Shown piece by piece: positions 42,430 to 52,110 of a stretch of 64,000 bases of DNA. The position numbers were made by a program, and so were the translations under genes. Position 1 is the first letter of the stretch. The number at the start of each line of letters is the position of its first letter. The notes beneath the pieces were generated by a model. The model had not been told where the DNA came from. It made no database searches and saw only the letters and a program-made list of their open reading frames with translations. This DNA comes from a virus, in IMG/VR virus record IMGVR_UViG_3300027734_000042. The stretch is one strand, 5' to 3'.

Positions 42430-42493
42430 GTGATATATATCGTATGTAATAGATCTTAAATCTATACAGAGATATATAAATAAAAAAAAGAAA

Positions 42494-43033
42494 ATGAAAA
42501 ACCTTACAGGATATGAAACATACCTAAAATCAGGTAGAGTTAATGAGCAAAGCGTTCAACCAACAACTAAAGACTTTATCCTTGATATCGCAGCAGAAAA
42601 TGGTGTAGATGCAATGGAGCTTTTAAGAATGGTAGAAGATGATCTTGCTGAATCGGGAATGAGTGAATCATTATTATTAACTGAATCAGCAGATTCTGTT
42701 ATCACTTTATCACAATTTTTTATTATATTACCAAGCGTAATCACAGGACTTGTTTCATTGGCAATGGGTGGAAGTTTCCTTGAAGGATATGCTCAGAATA
42801 AAAGATGGGTTAAAGCTGAAGCTGATAAAAGAGTTAGAGAGATGATCAAAAAAGATCCTAGCTTAATCGATCGTCAATCTGATTTGATAAATCAAGTAAC
42901 TGACGAAATTAAAAATGATCCAGCTATTCAAAAAATGCTTAAAAGCAAAAGAATGGAAGGTGGAGCACAACACCCAGACATCAAAAGAGACAGATCAACT
43001 TATAAATCACACATCTTTGGAGGTGGTTACTAA
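42494..43033 (+). CDS. hypothetical membrane protein with leader
   Basis: MKNLTGYETYL..VNE; one TM; GATATATA at 42471-42478. Confidence 0.7.
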   Translation: MKNLTGYETYLKSGRVNEQSVQPTTKDFILDIAAENGVDAMELLRMVEDDLAESGMSESLLLTESADSVITLSQFFIILPSVITGLVSLAMGGSFLEGYAQNKRWVKAEADKRVREMIKKDPSLIDRQSDLINQVTDEIKNDPAIQKMLKSKRMEGGAQHPDIKRDRSTYKSHIFGGGY

Positions 43034-43048
43034 TAAATATTAATTCAA

Positions 43049-43075
43049 TAAAAAGGAGCTTAATGCTCCTTTTTT
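43049..43075. terminator. bidirectional intrinsic terminator
   Basis: AAAAAGGAGC-TTAAT-GCTCCTTTTTT. Confidence 0.85.
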
Positions 43076-43104
43076 AGTTTTATATGAAAATGTAATAAGA
43101 AATA

Positions 43105-43470
43105 TTAAATATTCCTAACCAATCTAACTTTAAGTCTTTGGTCTTTTGGGATGCCCCCATATCTTCTAGTAGACAAATAATAAGCATAATTATTAGAAAA
43201 TCCTTCAGGTATATTATCAAAAGCCCAATATGCTTCTGATGAAAACCCGAGGATGTTTATATTGTAATATTCTTGTAAAAATTTAAACTCATTAATTGTA
43301 GGAAGTCTCCAATCATCACCATATTGTTTTGCTAGATTTATAGCAGTATCGTAATTGAATATCTCAATACCTTTAATTGTCGGATGCATGTTAATCTTAT
43401 TATCCCGGTAAGATAAATCGTTACCCATTATTTCTATATTACCAAGATTATAATTCTTCATTATACTCAC
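43105..43470 (-). CDS. DUF1566 (Lcl C-terminal)-like protein
   Basis: DWRLPTINEF, YW, C-terminal VRLVR. Confidence 0.7.
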   Translation of the reverse strand: MSIMKNYNLGNIEIMGNDLSYRDNKINMHPTIKGIEIFNYDTAINLAKQYGDDWRLPTINEFKFLQEYYNINILGFSSEAYWAFDNIPEGFSNNYAYYLSTRRYGGIPKDQRLKVRLVRNI

Positions 43471-43970
43471 ATTTTTCTTTTCCTAGATCTAACCCAAGCC
43501 TTTGTAACGGAAAGAATGTCATTGACAAAGCTTTTTGTTCTTGCTTTAGCCAATTCCATAGATACTATTGGTATAGTAGTTTTCTCATCAACAATAACAT
43601 CCGCAAAAATAGTCCATCCATACATATGGAATTCAATTGTTACACCTATTCTAATTCCATCGGGATTGATAAATTCAAAGTAAGAAACATCAGCTAGATT
43701 AGTTCTGTTAAAAGGAGATCCTACTAGATCATTATCGTTTTCACCGAATTTGTATATCTGATTAACCCCATTTCTCTTTAGTTCATCTATAAGAGTACTT
43801 GCAGTGGAGAATTCTTCGTCACCATAAGATGACTCTAATTTTTTAATCTCCTCCTCTTTTTTCTCTATTTCTTTTTTAAGCATACTAATCTCCGAAGTGA
43901 TCTTATTAATTTGATCAACATACGGATTGAAACCTGATGCCTCGTTGAATTTTTCTAATTTTTGTATCAT
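43467..43970 (-). CDS. hypothetical protein with N-terminal coiled coil
   Basis: MIQKLEKFNE leader. Confidence 0.7.
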   Translation of the reverse strand: MIQKLEKFNEASGFNPYVDQINKITSEISMLKKEIEKKEEEIKKLESSYGDEEFSTASTLIDELKRNGVNQIYKFGENDNDLVGSPFNRTNLADVSYFEFINPDGIRIGVTIEFHMYGWTIFADVIVDEKTTIPIVSMELAKARTKSFVNDILSVTKAWVRSRKRKM

Positions 43971-43971
43971 T

Positions 43972-44370
43972 TTATTTTATTATAAGGTTCATTGCATCAT
44001 TAACTGATTTTATTCCTGTATTTCCATTAACAGAGAATTCACCCGCTCTTTTATTAATCTTGTATTCCCCTGATTTATTTGATAAATGTACTTCTGAGCA
44101 TAAGTTACCTCCTCTAAAGAAGTTAGCTATAGATTCTTTTAAACCGATACCTTTCTCGTTACCGAAGAAATTAGAAAATCCTTTCTTACTAGAATTAAAT
44201 ATGTAGGGAATTCCAGCTTTTTTAGCTTCCTCCCTAATTTCTCTAATCTCATCTCCAGTAAACCAATTAACGGATCCTTGAGATCTCCTTTCTGAAGCTG
44301 AAACTTTATTGTCTTTTTTCTTACTATAATAAGATGATACAAATTGCTCGAATAGTTTAATGTGCTGCAT
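43972..44370 (-). CDS. hypothetical protein with capsid-targeting-like leader
   Basis: MQHIKLFEQF; GATATATA at 44391-44398 (minus). Confidence 0.75.
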   Translation of the reverse strand: MQHIKLFEQFVSSYYSKKKDNKVSASERRSQGSVNWFTGDEIREIREEAKKAGIPYIFNSSKKGFSNFFGNEKGIGLKESIANFFRGGNLCSEVHLSNKSGEYKINKRAGEFSVNGNTGIKSVNDAMNLIIK

Positions 44371-44402
44371 TTTAATTATTTCGTATCTTATATATATCCT
44401 AT

Positions 44403-44963
44403 ATGATAATAGATGGAGGGATTAATTATAGATTGATAGATAGATTTAATGTAGATTACATTGAATCCAAGATATCAAGTATAAAATCCGATGAGTGGTA
44501 CAAATATAAGTACAGACAGGAAAGATATAAAGATCATAATGAAACTTTTTCAATCCCCCTAATATGGTCTGAGAAATTCTCCGAAGTTAATACCCACGAA
44601 AATTATCAAATGTTCGAGGACGAGATAAAAGAAATAGAACTAATAGTAAGGAAAAGACTGTGTAGTTCTGGTGGATTGATGAGTGCAGTTCTTATAAATC
44701 TCCCTGCAGGTAAATCAATAGGAAGACATAAAGACGCTAGTCCGATAGGTGATAGATTTAACAGATGCCACAGGATCCATATACCTATAATAACAAATGA
44801 TTATTGTCTATTTGATATAGATGGGGAAATTAAAAACTTAAAAAGAGGTGAAGTGTGGGAAATAAGTAACGTGAATAAATTCCACAATGTAACCAATAAT
44901 GGAAGTACTGACCGTATCCACTTACTCTTGGATTGGGATCCTCTTCTCACCCAATCTTCTTAA
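44403..44963 (+). CDS. 2OG-Fe(II) oxygenase, aspartyl/asparaginyl beta-hydroxylase-like
   Basis: HKD, RIHIPI.TN, H.V.N.G..DRIHL. Confidence 0.85.
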   Translation: MIIDGGINYRLIDRFNVDYIESKISSIKSDEWYKYKYRQERYKDHNETFSIPLIWSEKFSEVNTHENYQMFEDEIKEIELIVRKRLCSSGGLMSAVLINLPAGKSIGRHKDASPIGDRFNRCHRIHIPIITNDYCLFDIDGEIKNLKRGEVWEISNVNKFHNVTNNGSTDRIHLLLDWDPLLTQSS

Positions 44964-45653
44964 TAGACCATATCCTTTATCAGTTTTGGTTAGTTCTTGA
45001 AATTCATCCTCGGTTAATTCTGATTTTATTGTGTCGATTATTGATGGATTAATTTTTTTCAATGAATTAAAAATCTTTACAGCTAACAAAGATTCACCTG
45101 ATCTATATTTACTAATTATAATATCCTTGACCATGTCTTCCTTTTGAATATCCCCTAGATCAATCAGATCCTCCCCTTTAATTGCTAATTTATTTGTATT
45201 GGATTGACCTAATGATATGATAAAATTTACGTCCTTCTGTAATACATTTTTCATAAATGTGTTTTCGATTGACAGCTCGCCATCAATAATCCACCCGATA
45301 GTCTCATTTATTTTATCCCTTAAATCACTTTCATTACCCACAGATAAAGAAATAAAATAAGTGCTATGAAAAACATCGTAATCTCCGTAATCATTAAAAA
45401 GATCGGAGGCAATTGATTTCGTAGAATCCTTATATTCCTCCATCGCAGCTTCGTATTCTTCTTCTGATTCGAAATCGTTTCTTTCAGGTTCTTCTGGCAT
45501 ATCATCAGCCATATTATATCCGGAATATCCGGCATTCATGTACATATTCAATAGTCCATCTCTATCTAAGGGCTCTAGCATATTATCACTAATAGTTGAG
45601 ACTTCTGGGTATGCGTAATGGCCGTCTGGCTCAAGGGTAAAATATTTTTCCAT
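44922..45653 (-). CDS. acidic hypothetical protein with C-terminal tag
   Basis: KGYGLLRRLG near the C-terminus. Confidence 0.7.
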   Translation of the reverse strand: MEKYFTLEPDGHYAYPEVSTISDNMLEPLDRDGLLNMYMNAGYSGYNMADDMPEEPERNDFESEEEYEAAMEEYKDSTKSIASDLFNDYGDYDVFHSTYFISLSVGNESDLRDKINETIGWIIDGELSIENTFMKNVLQKDVNFIISLGQSNTNKLAIKGEDLIDLGDIQKEDMVKDIIISKYRSGESLLAVKIFNSLKKINPSIIDTIKSELTEDEFQELTKTDKGYGLLRRLGEKRIPIQE

Positions 45654-45660
45654 GTGTTAT

Positions 45661-46212
45661 CTATCTCTTTTTAAAAAATTCATTGTAGATAGCTTCTGGG
45701 ATATCTACTATCTTATCAATATCAAATTTACCTTCCATATTAAACATAGGAATATACCTTTTTTTACCCAAGTATGACGGAAAAGTAAATGCTTTACCCC
45801 TGCACAGAACATCAAATCTGATCCTTTTTAGCTCCATAGCGAAGATATTTTCTCTTCTTCTGACCTTATTATACCTGAAGTAAATATGCAGTCCATTATT
45901 AAGTGTTTTTTCAACTAAAAAATCACTAAGATTGATCGATTTTTCCTCGATAAAATCCATAAAATCTTCAACCGAACCAGGATTTCCCTCTATGTCTAAA
46001 CACACTATCTCAGAATTTTCTAAATCTAGAGCTAAAAAATTATAATCTTCTGGTAGAAGTGCTGGGTTGCTAAATACAGCATCAGTAATCTTAATGGAAT
46101 TTTTATGTAGCTTTCTAATGCCCCACTCTAGATCAACTTTACAAGCATAGGTGTAAACTCCTATCTCTCTCCATTTAGAGGCTTGTTCTAGTATTTGATC
46201 GTGTTGTGTCAC
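45661..46212 (-). CDS. bifunctional primase/polymerase (Prim-Pol) domain protein
   Basis: VCLDIE, T.NNGLHIYFR, FDV, PS motifs. Confidence 0.7.
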   Translation of the reverse strand: MTQHDQILEQASKWREIGVYTYACKVDLEWGIRKLHKNSIKITDAVFSNPALLPEDYNFLALDLENSEIVCLDIEGNPGSVEDFMDFIEEKSINLSDFLVEKTLNNGLHIYFRYNKVRRRENIFAMELKRIRFDVLCRGKAFTFPSYLGKKRYIPMFNMEGKFDIDKIVDIPEAIYNEFFKKR

Positions 46213-46227
46213 ACAAGTAGTTTATTC

Positions 46228-46761
46228 TTATTTGTTTTTGAAAGCTCCGAGTCTTCCTAATAGTCTATACCCAGGAGCTGCTGTATCATCAATTAAATGT
46301 AGATCTTCTAATCCCTGCTGTTCGATGTTGTAATCAACACTCTTCACTAGCTCTATAAATTGTTCTGCAGTCATGACATCAATTGTCATTTTCTTATCGT
46401 AATCAGCTCTGAAATAATCAAATATATCCTGATCATCTATATCTCTAACAGTCTCTGCTCCCATAGCCTTAAGCTCTTTCTTAGTAAGCTCCTTGCTATT
46501 TGCATAGATGTACATTATTCTGTCTTCCTCGTCTTCTTCTAGATAACCACTACTCCAAATACCAATCTTCATTAGCTCTTTCTCTGAGGGTTTAACATAA
46601 ATCTCGTATGAGATATCAGAAGGTGTATCATAATAGCAAACTGATGTAGTTGATAATGTAACTCCGTTAACAGTTATCTCTCCATAATTCTCGTCTACCG
46701 AATCCCACCCTGCTTCGTTTAACTTGTTAAATTGATTGAAAGATTTGATCCGATTTAGCAT
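46228..46761 (-). CDS. hypothetical protein with both terminal tags
   Basis: MLNRIKSFNQFNKLNE ... PGYRLLGRLGAFKNK. Confidence 0.75.
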   Translation of the reverse strand: MLNRIKSFNQFNKLNEAGWDSVDENYGEITVNGVTLSTTSVCYYDTPSDISYEIYVKPSEKELMKIGIWSSGYLEEDEEDRIMYIYANSKELTKKELKAMGAETVRDIDDQDIFDYFRADYDKKMTIDVMTAEQFIELVKSVDYNIEQQGLEDLHLIDDTAAPGYRLLGRLGAFKNK

Positions 46762-46775
46762 GATCTATATATCGA

Positions 46776-47843
46776 TCAAATACCAAATCTATTTAGTATA
46801 CTAGATCCCTTTGTTATAGCTTCAGCTTCTTCCTTGCCAAATTCTTCCTCGAACCTAGCTACAGTTTTAGGATTAGATTTCCTTAAAGATTTTAAGAGCT
46901 TTCCTAGAGCTAAAGGATTTTGATCTTTGATCTTTCTTAAAGCAAGCAATAATTTATCTACATCTCCTATAACTCCATTTGACGAAATAGAAATATACAC
47001 ATCTCTAACGGAAACTAAAAGATCTATAGTTGGATTATTAGAATATTCTCTTTTAATTAGATGATCGTATTTTTTATTTATTGTATAAATTAGTGCTTTT
47101 CTAAAAAAATCATCCAGCTTATCTATTGACGAAGCACCCATGCTAATTAGAACTCTGTTTCTGTTCATCTCTTCCTTAGCTGAATACCCTTCCTTGTTAG
47201 TTAATCTTACATTAAGATTTGTTTCAAATGATATCCCATCTATTCGATCATACAAATTAAAAGGATCGGCATTTATTCTAATATCGGAGTATTCATATAT
47301 TTTACCCCCGTTAAAAAAAACACCATCAAATTCTTTATAAGTGGGAAGTGTATTTAAAACATCATGATCTGTGATCATTGAAGATAATCCACTGTTGTTC
47401 TTATAATCATTTATAATCTCCTTGGCGTTATTCATTTTGATAACTTTATCCCAATTAGATTTTATCCATCTTTCTAAATCACCCTCGTTTAATCCCCTCT
47501 CCTTTCTTAGCAATATAAATCTAGTAATCGAGTATTTTATAAGCTCTTCCAATGTATTGAAGGCTCCATATCCATAGGTGTTTCCCGAAGACTCACTAAG
47601 CTGGCACCATTGATTATTATATTTGTATAGTCTAGTACTACCAGCATAAGCACCTTTGATATAAACCCTACCTGTTTTAACAGGTTTAAATAGATCTTCG
47701 ATTGGTAAAGATCTTCCGTTAGCAACTAAAGTCTGTAGGAATTTACCATCCTCACTATTCATAATGTAGTCCATTATTACAGGACCTGCAGAAGGATCCT
47801 CAGATTCATTAAGATAGCTTTTAAATTCTAGTAGATGCTTCAT
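46776..47843 (-). CDS. hypothetical protein with both terminal tags
   Basis: MKHLLEFKSYLNE ... KGSSILNRFGI. Confidence 0.75.
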   Translation of the reverse strand: MKHLLEFKSYLNESEDPSAGPVIMDYIMNSEDGKFLQTLVANGRSLPIEDLFKPVKTGRVYIKGAYAGSTRLYKYNNQWCQLSESSGNTYGYGAFNTLEELIKYSITRFILLRKERGLNEGDLERWIKSNWDKVIKMNNAKEIINDYKNNSGLSSMITDHDVLNTLPTYKEFDGVFFNGGKIYEYSDIRINADPFNLYDRIDGISFETNLNVRLTNKEGYSAKEEMNRNRVLISMGASSIDKLDDFFRKALIYTINKKYDHLIKREYSNNPTIDLLVSVRDVYISISSNGVIGDVDKLLLALRKIKDQNPLALGKLLKSLRKSNPKTVARFEEEFGKEEAEAITKGSSILNRFGI

Positions 47844-47854
47844 AAAATGCCAAA

Positions 47855-48754
47855 TTAGAAAATTCCAAGTCTGCCTAGAATTTTAGCACCTTGCTTGATT
47901 CCGTTATCCTCCCAATTTTCAGGACTAGGTAAATAGATAGACATTTGTGGGTACTTGTAAATCATCGCTTCAAACTTATCTTTATAAGAAGAGGAAGAAG
48001 ATCCGCCATCAGTATTTAATTCAGTAATGATATCATTTATTTCTTTTTGTGGAATTCCATTCATGCTTCCTATATCTTTAAGGTGAGTATTAAAAACATA
48101 AACAATCTTAGGTATAAGCCCTTCTACATTTTCGATCGGATAAATGAGATCTGGATTACTTGTTAGGTATCCTTGAACACCCTTCCTCCTAATATACCCT
48201 GATTTTTGTATGGTATAGATAACCTCTGAGTTACCAAACTTAAGAGCTACAGTTCCATTCTTTTTTTCTATAGGTGTAGAAACAATTTCAAGTCCGCGTT
48301 TTTCTAGATCCTTTAATATAGGTAATGATTCTAATCCACTATCAAACGGGTTAAAATCCTTATTGCTATTTCTAGTATCTTTTATTAATGAATCCATCTT
48401 ATTCCAAACATGGTCACGTAGTAGATATTGAGATCCATATCCATGGGGATCTTCAGGCATACCCTCAGGAGTAAAGGTAAACTTTACACCATACTCTTTA
48501 GCATTTCCTTTTCCCTCTGGATTATAAATAATTCCCATTGAATTATCCACTCCGTTCCATTTATAGAAAACCTCTTGAGTTCCGTCAGGTAATTCCTTTA
48601 GGAATAAACCTCCAAATAGAGGAATACTAACAAAAGTATTTACTAGTCTTTTTACTGTGAGCTGGCTAAGATCCTTGATTAGCTTTGAATTCATGTCCAA
48701 TGATTTAGATTCATTAATTCTTGAGAATTCCCCAAATGTTATTAGTTTTTTCAT
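47855..48754 (-). CDS. hypothetical protein with both terminal tags
   Basis: MKKLITFGEFSRINE ... QGAKILGRLGIF. Confidence 0.75.
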   Translation of the reverse strand: MKKLITFGEFSRINESKSLDMNSKLIKDLSQLTVKRLVNTFVSIPLFGGLFLKELPDGTQEVFYKWNGVDNSMGIIYNPEGKGNAKEYGVKFTFTPEGMPEDPHGYGSQYLLRDHVWNKMDSLIKDTRNSNKDFNPFDSGLESLPILKDLEKRGLEIVSTPIEKKNGTVALKFGNSEVIYTIQKSGYIRRKGVQGYLTSNPDLIYPIENVEGLIPKIVYVFNTHLKDIGSMNGIPQKEINDIITELNTDGGSSSSSYKDKFEAMIYKYPQMSIYLPSPENWEDNGIKQGAKILGRLGIF

Positions 48755-48769
48755 TCTTTATATATCATG

Positions 48770-49489
48770 TTATAGATCATATGATTTAAATCTTCGGTCA
48801 TAATATTTTAGAAAATTCTCTAAAGACTCATTCCCTAGATCAAGTACCTCTTGGTCAGGTCTATCCACCTCATAATTACCATAGACTTCAGCCCATAGCT
48901 GAGGAAATTCTTCAAAGGTGGTGAGATCAAATTTGTTGTGCAAGTCAGGTGGAAACACTTTGAATCTATTAGCAGATCCCACTGGATCAAACTCCTTCAT
49001 CCATTGACTCATATATTCGATGAAATTAGTCTTGCCGTATTTTTCAACCTCAGATCTCGTAGCTTCAACCTCTATCGGATCTGAAAGATAGATGGACATC
49101 ATTAATTTCTCCCATTCGTTTTCGGGAGACAACTCCTTAAAATCCCTAGTAGCGTCAGTACAAAATAAATCCAGATAACCATCTCTGACAAACTGCAAAG
49201 CATGAGTTAACTCGTGAGCCATGTTTCTTTTGTAATCCTTGTTATAAGAATGCTCTGAATTTACTAAAACAACTAATTTATTTTCAGAAGATCCCTCGTA
49301 GTCAAATTGAGCGTCTGCGTCTATATCCATATCTGGATCATCAACAATAGATAATTCTGGATTCATTTTTCTAACCCTATCCTTCATTTCATTCCAGATA
49401 GAAGTTCCATCTAGATACTTCTCACAAGCATCGTATAGATTGCTATAGTTAGTTGATTCAAATAATCTAAAATTTTTAATTCTTCTCAT
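48770..49489 (-). CDS. zincin-like (HExxH) protein with capsid-targeting-like leader
   Basis: MRRIKNFRLFE; AHELTHALQ; PIEVEA. Confidence 0.7.
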   Translation of the reverse strand: MRRIKNFRLFESTNYSNLYDACEKYLDGTSIWNEMKDRVRKMNPELSIVDDPDMDIDADAQFDYEGSSENKLVVLVNSEHSYNKDYKRNMAHELTHALQFVRDGYLDLFCTDATRDFKELSPENEWEKLMMSIYLSDPIEVEATRSEVEKYGKTNFIEYMSQWMKEFDPVGSANRFKVFPPDLHNKFDLTTFEEFPQLWAEVYGNYEVDRPDQEVLDLGNESLENFLKYYDRRFKSYDL

Positions 49490-49935
49490 ATAAATAACCC
49501 CTTATTAACCATAGCATTCAATAGTCTCTTACTATCTATACCTTTGATGTTACCTTTCCAGGTATTAAGCCACATCCACGGCAAAATAACATTCTTTTCA
49601 TTATTAAACATCACGTCTTGCGAAATACTCTTTAATGATCTCAAATCAACCTCACCTTTATTATTAAATACCACACCACTGGGAATAATTCTTAGTGATG
49701 TCAAATCGATACTTCCCCCGTTATTAAACTTAGTTCCCTGGGGAAGATTTATTAGAGATATCAAACCAACAGATCCCCTATTATTAAACTCCACATTAGG
49801 AGGAAGACTTGTTAGTGTTGGTAAATTGACATTCCCGTAAAAATTTCCACCATCTGTAACAACTACCTTATCATCTACTATCTCACAGGTGTAACCTCTC
49901 CTATCTAATTCATTGGTAAATTCTTCTTGTGTCAT
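49486..49935 (-). CDS. LRR-like repeat protein, paralog 5 (4 repeats)
   Basis: 20-aa VxLxSLxxLPxGVxFNNxGx repeats with conserved caps. Confidence 0.8.
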   Translation of the reverse strand: MTQEEFTNELDRRGYTCEIVDDKVVVTDGGNFYGNVNLPTLTSLPPNVEFNNRGSVGLISLINLPQGTKFNNGGSIDLTSLRIIPSGVVFNNKGEVDLRSLKSISQDVMFNNEKNVILPWMWLNTWKGNIKGIDSKRLLNAMVNKGLFI

Positions 49936-50690
49936 CTTTCAAATACTCCTTTACTTATCATCAGGTTCAATAGCTTAGTACTATTTATGCCTTCTATATT
50001 TCCACTCCAATCCTCAAACCTACCAAAGCTACCACCTATTAGTGAACCCAAATTTACATCCCAGTTATTATTGAACCGAACATTAGCAGAAATCACTTTA
50101 AGTGACCACAAATTGACCTCACCTCTATTATTGAAGACCCTGTCAGAAAGCTTCACTAGAGATCTCAAATCGACCTCCCCCCTATTATTGAGCTGTACAT
50201 CAACAGGAAGCATCTGTAGTGAGTCCAAAAAGACTTCACCTCCATTATTGAACTTGACACCGTCAGGAAGCACCTTAAGTGATCTCAAAGAGACGTAACC
50301 TCTATTATTGAACTCGAAACCTGCAGGAAGCACCTCTAGTGATCCCAAATTGAGATCTCCTCTACTATTATTGAACTTGACACCGTCAGGAATCACTTTA
50401 AGTGAATCCAAACTGACATCACTTCCATTATTGAACTCAAAACCAGAAGGAAGCACTTTAAGTGAATTCAAATTGACACTACCACTATTATTGAACTGGA
50501 CCCCATCAGGAAGCACCTCCAGTGATTCCAAATTGACATAATTTGTATTATTGAACTCCACATCAGCAGGAAGCTTCTTAAGTGATTCAAAATTGATGGT
50601 ACCATCATGAATCACTATAATCTTATTCCCTACTATCTCATAGGTGTAACCTTTTTTTTCTAATATCTTAATAAATTCTTCTCTAGTCAT
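49932..50690 (-). CDS. LRR-like repeat protein, paralog 4 (9 repeats)
   Basis: Same family; 60-bp DNA periodicity visible at 50350-50590. Confidence 0.8.
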   Translation of the reverse strand: MTREEFIKILEKKGYTYEIVGNKIIVIHDGTINFESLKKLPADVEFNNTNYVNLESLEVLPDGVQFNNSGSVNLNSLKVLPSGFEFNNGSDVSLDSLKVIPDGVKFNNSRGDLNLGSLEVLPAGFEFNNRGYVSLRSLKVLPDGVKFNNGGEVFLDSLQMLPVDVQLNNRGEVDLRSLVKLSDRVFNNRGEVNLWSLKVISANVRFNNNWDVNLGSLIGGSFGRFEDWSGNIEGINSTKLLNLMISKGVFER

Positions 50691-51199
50691 CTTTCAAATA
50701 CTCCTTTATTTATCATCGAGTTCAATAGTCTATTTGGCGCTATGCCTTCTATATTACCTTTCCATCTAGAAAAAGATGTATTATACTTTGATCTCCCCTT
50801 AAAATAGACAGTTCCATTTCTAAATTTCACCCCAGGAGGAATACTAACTAGTGAGCCAAAATAGGAAGTCCCCAGATTATTAAACTTCACGCTAGGATGA
50901 AGAGAAGTGAGAGAACTTAAAGTGACATTCCCACCATTATTAAACTCCACATCAGGAGGAAGACTAGTTAGGAATTGCATAGTAACATTCATGACATTAT
51001 TAAACACAACACCAGGGGGCAAGTCTACTAATTTTTTCAAATCGACATCACGTCCACTATTAAACTCTACACCAGGAGGAAGAGAAGTTAGCCATCCTAA
51101 ATCGACATGCCCTTCGTGAGTAACAATTATCTTATCACCTTCAATCTCGTAAGAGTAACCTTTTTCATCTAATATCTGGATAAATTCTTCTCTAGTCAT
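50687..51199 (-). CDS. LRR-like repeat protein, paralog 3 (5 repeats)
   Basis: Same family. Confidence 0.8.
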   Translation of the reverse strand: MTREEFIQILDEKGYSYEIEGDKIIVTHEGHVDLGWLTSLPPGVEFNSGRDVDLKKLVDLPPGVVFNNVMNVTMQFLTSLPPDVEFNNGGNVTLSSLTSLHPSVKFNNLGTSYFGSLVSIPPGVKFRNGTVYFKGRSKYNTSFSRWKGNIEGIAPNRLLNSMINKGVFER

Positions 51200-51576
51200 C
51201 TTTCAAATACCCCTTTACTTATCATCACATTCAATAATCTCTTACTATCTATACCTTCTATATTGCCTTCCCAATCACCAAACGATCCCCCGATTAAATA
51301 TCCCAAAAAGACATCTCCTTCATTTCTAAACTCCACACCAGGGGGAAGAGAAGTGAGAGACCTCAAATTGATATCCCCGTCATTTTTAAACTCCACACCA
51401 GAAGGGAGAGAAGTGAGTGATCCCAAACCGACATCCCCTTTGTAAGTAACTATTATCTTATTCCCCTCTATCTCATAGATGTAATCTTTTTTCTTCCAGT
51501 AGATATCCAATGTATCTTTATTATATGGATCCCATGCCCTCTTTTCTAATACCTCTATAAAAGCTTCTCTAGTCAT
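51196..51576 (-). CDS. LRR-like repeat protein, paralog 2 (2 repeats)
   Basis: Same family. Confidence 0.8.
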   Translation of the reverse strand: MTREAFIEVLEKRAWDPYNKDTLDIYWKKKDYIYEIEGNKIIVTYKGDVGLGSLTSLPSGVEFKNDGDINLRSLTSLPPGVEFRNEGDVFLGYLIGGSFGDWEGNIEGIDSKRLLNVMISKGVFER

Positions 51577-52106
51577 CTTTCAAATATTCCTTTACTTATC
51601 ATCGAGTTCAATAATCTCTTACTATCTATACCTTCTATATTACCTTTCCACTTTGAGAAGAACCTTTCTCCAATAAGGGATCTCAACTCGACATCCCCCT
51701 CATTATTGAATTTGACCCCGGAAGGAATATTCTCTAGAGATTCCAAAATGACCCAATCTTTATTCATGAATTGGACATCAAAGAGAAGAGTCTTTAGGGA
51801 TATCAAATCGACACCACCACCATTATTGAATTGGACATCAGAGTGAAGAGTCTCAAGGGAGTTCAAATGGACATTACCTCCATTATTGAATTGTACACCA
51901 GTCGGAAGTGTCTTTAGGGAATTCAACTTGACACTACCCTTATTCCTGAATTGGACATCAGGGGGAAGAGTCTCGAGTGTCGTTAAGCCCAAAAAGACAT
52001 CATCGCCATGTGTTGTGTCACCGTGTGTCACCACTACTGAATTTCCTGTCATTTCGTAGGAGTAACTTCGGTATTCTAATACCTTTATAAAAGCTTCTCT
52101 AGTCAT
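51573..52106 (-). CDS. LRR-like repeat protein, paralog 1 (5 repeats)
   Basis: Same family; GATATATA at 52112-52119 (minus). Confidence 0.8.
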   Translation of the reverse strand: MTREAFIKVLEYRSYSYEMTGNSVVVTHGDTTHGDDVFLGLTTLETLPPDVQFRNKGSVKLNSLKTLPTGVQFNNGGNVHLNSLETLHSDVQFNNGGGVDLISLKTLLFDVQFMNKDWVILESLENIPSGVKFNNEGDVELRSLIGERFFSKWKGNIEGIDSKRLLNSMISKGIFER

Positions 52107-52110
52107 TCAT

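Noticed and set aside
49486-52106. Diversity-generating retroelement acting on the LRR-like array
   Set aside because: No reverse transcriptase or non-coding template repeat in the window, and differences between repeats are not confined to adenines.
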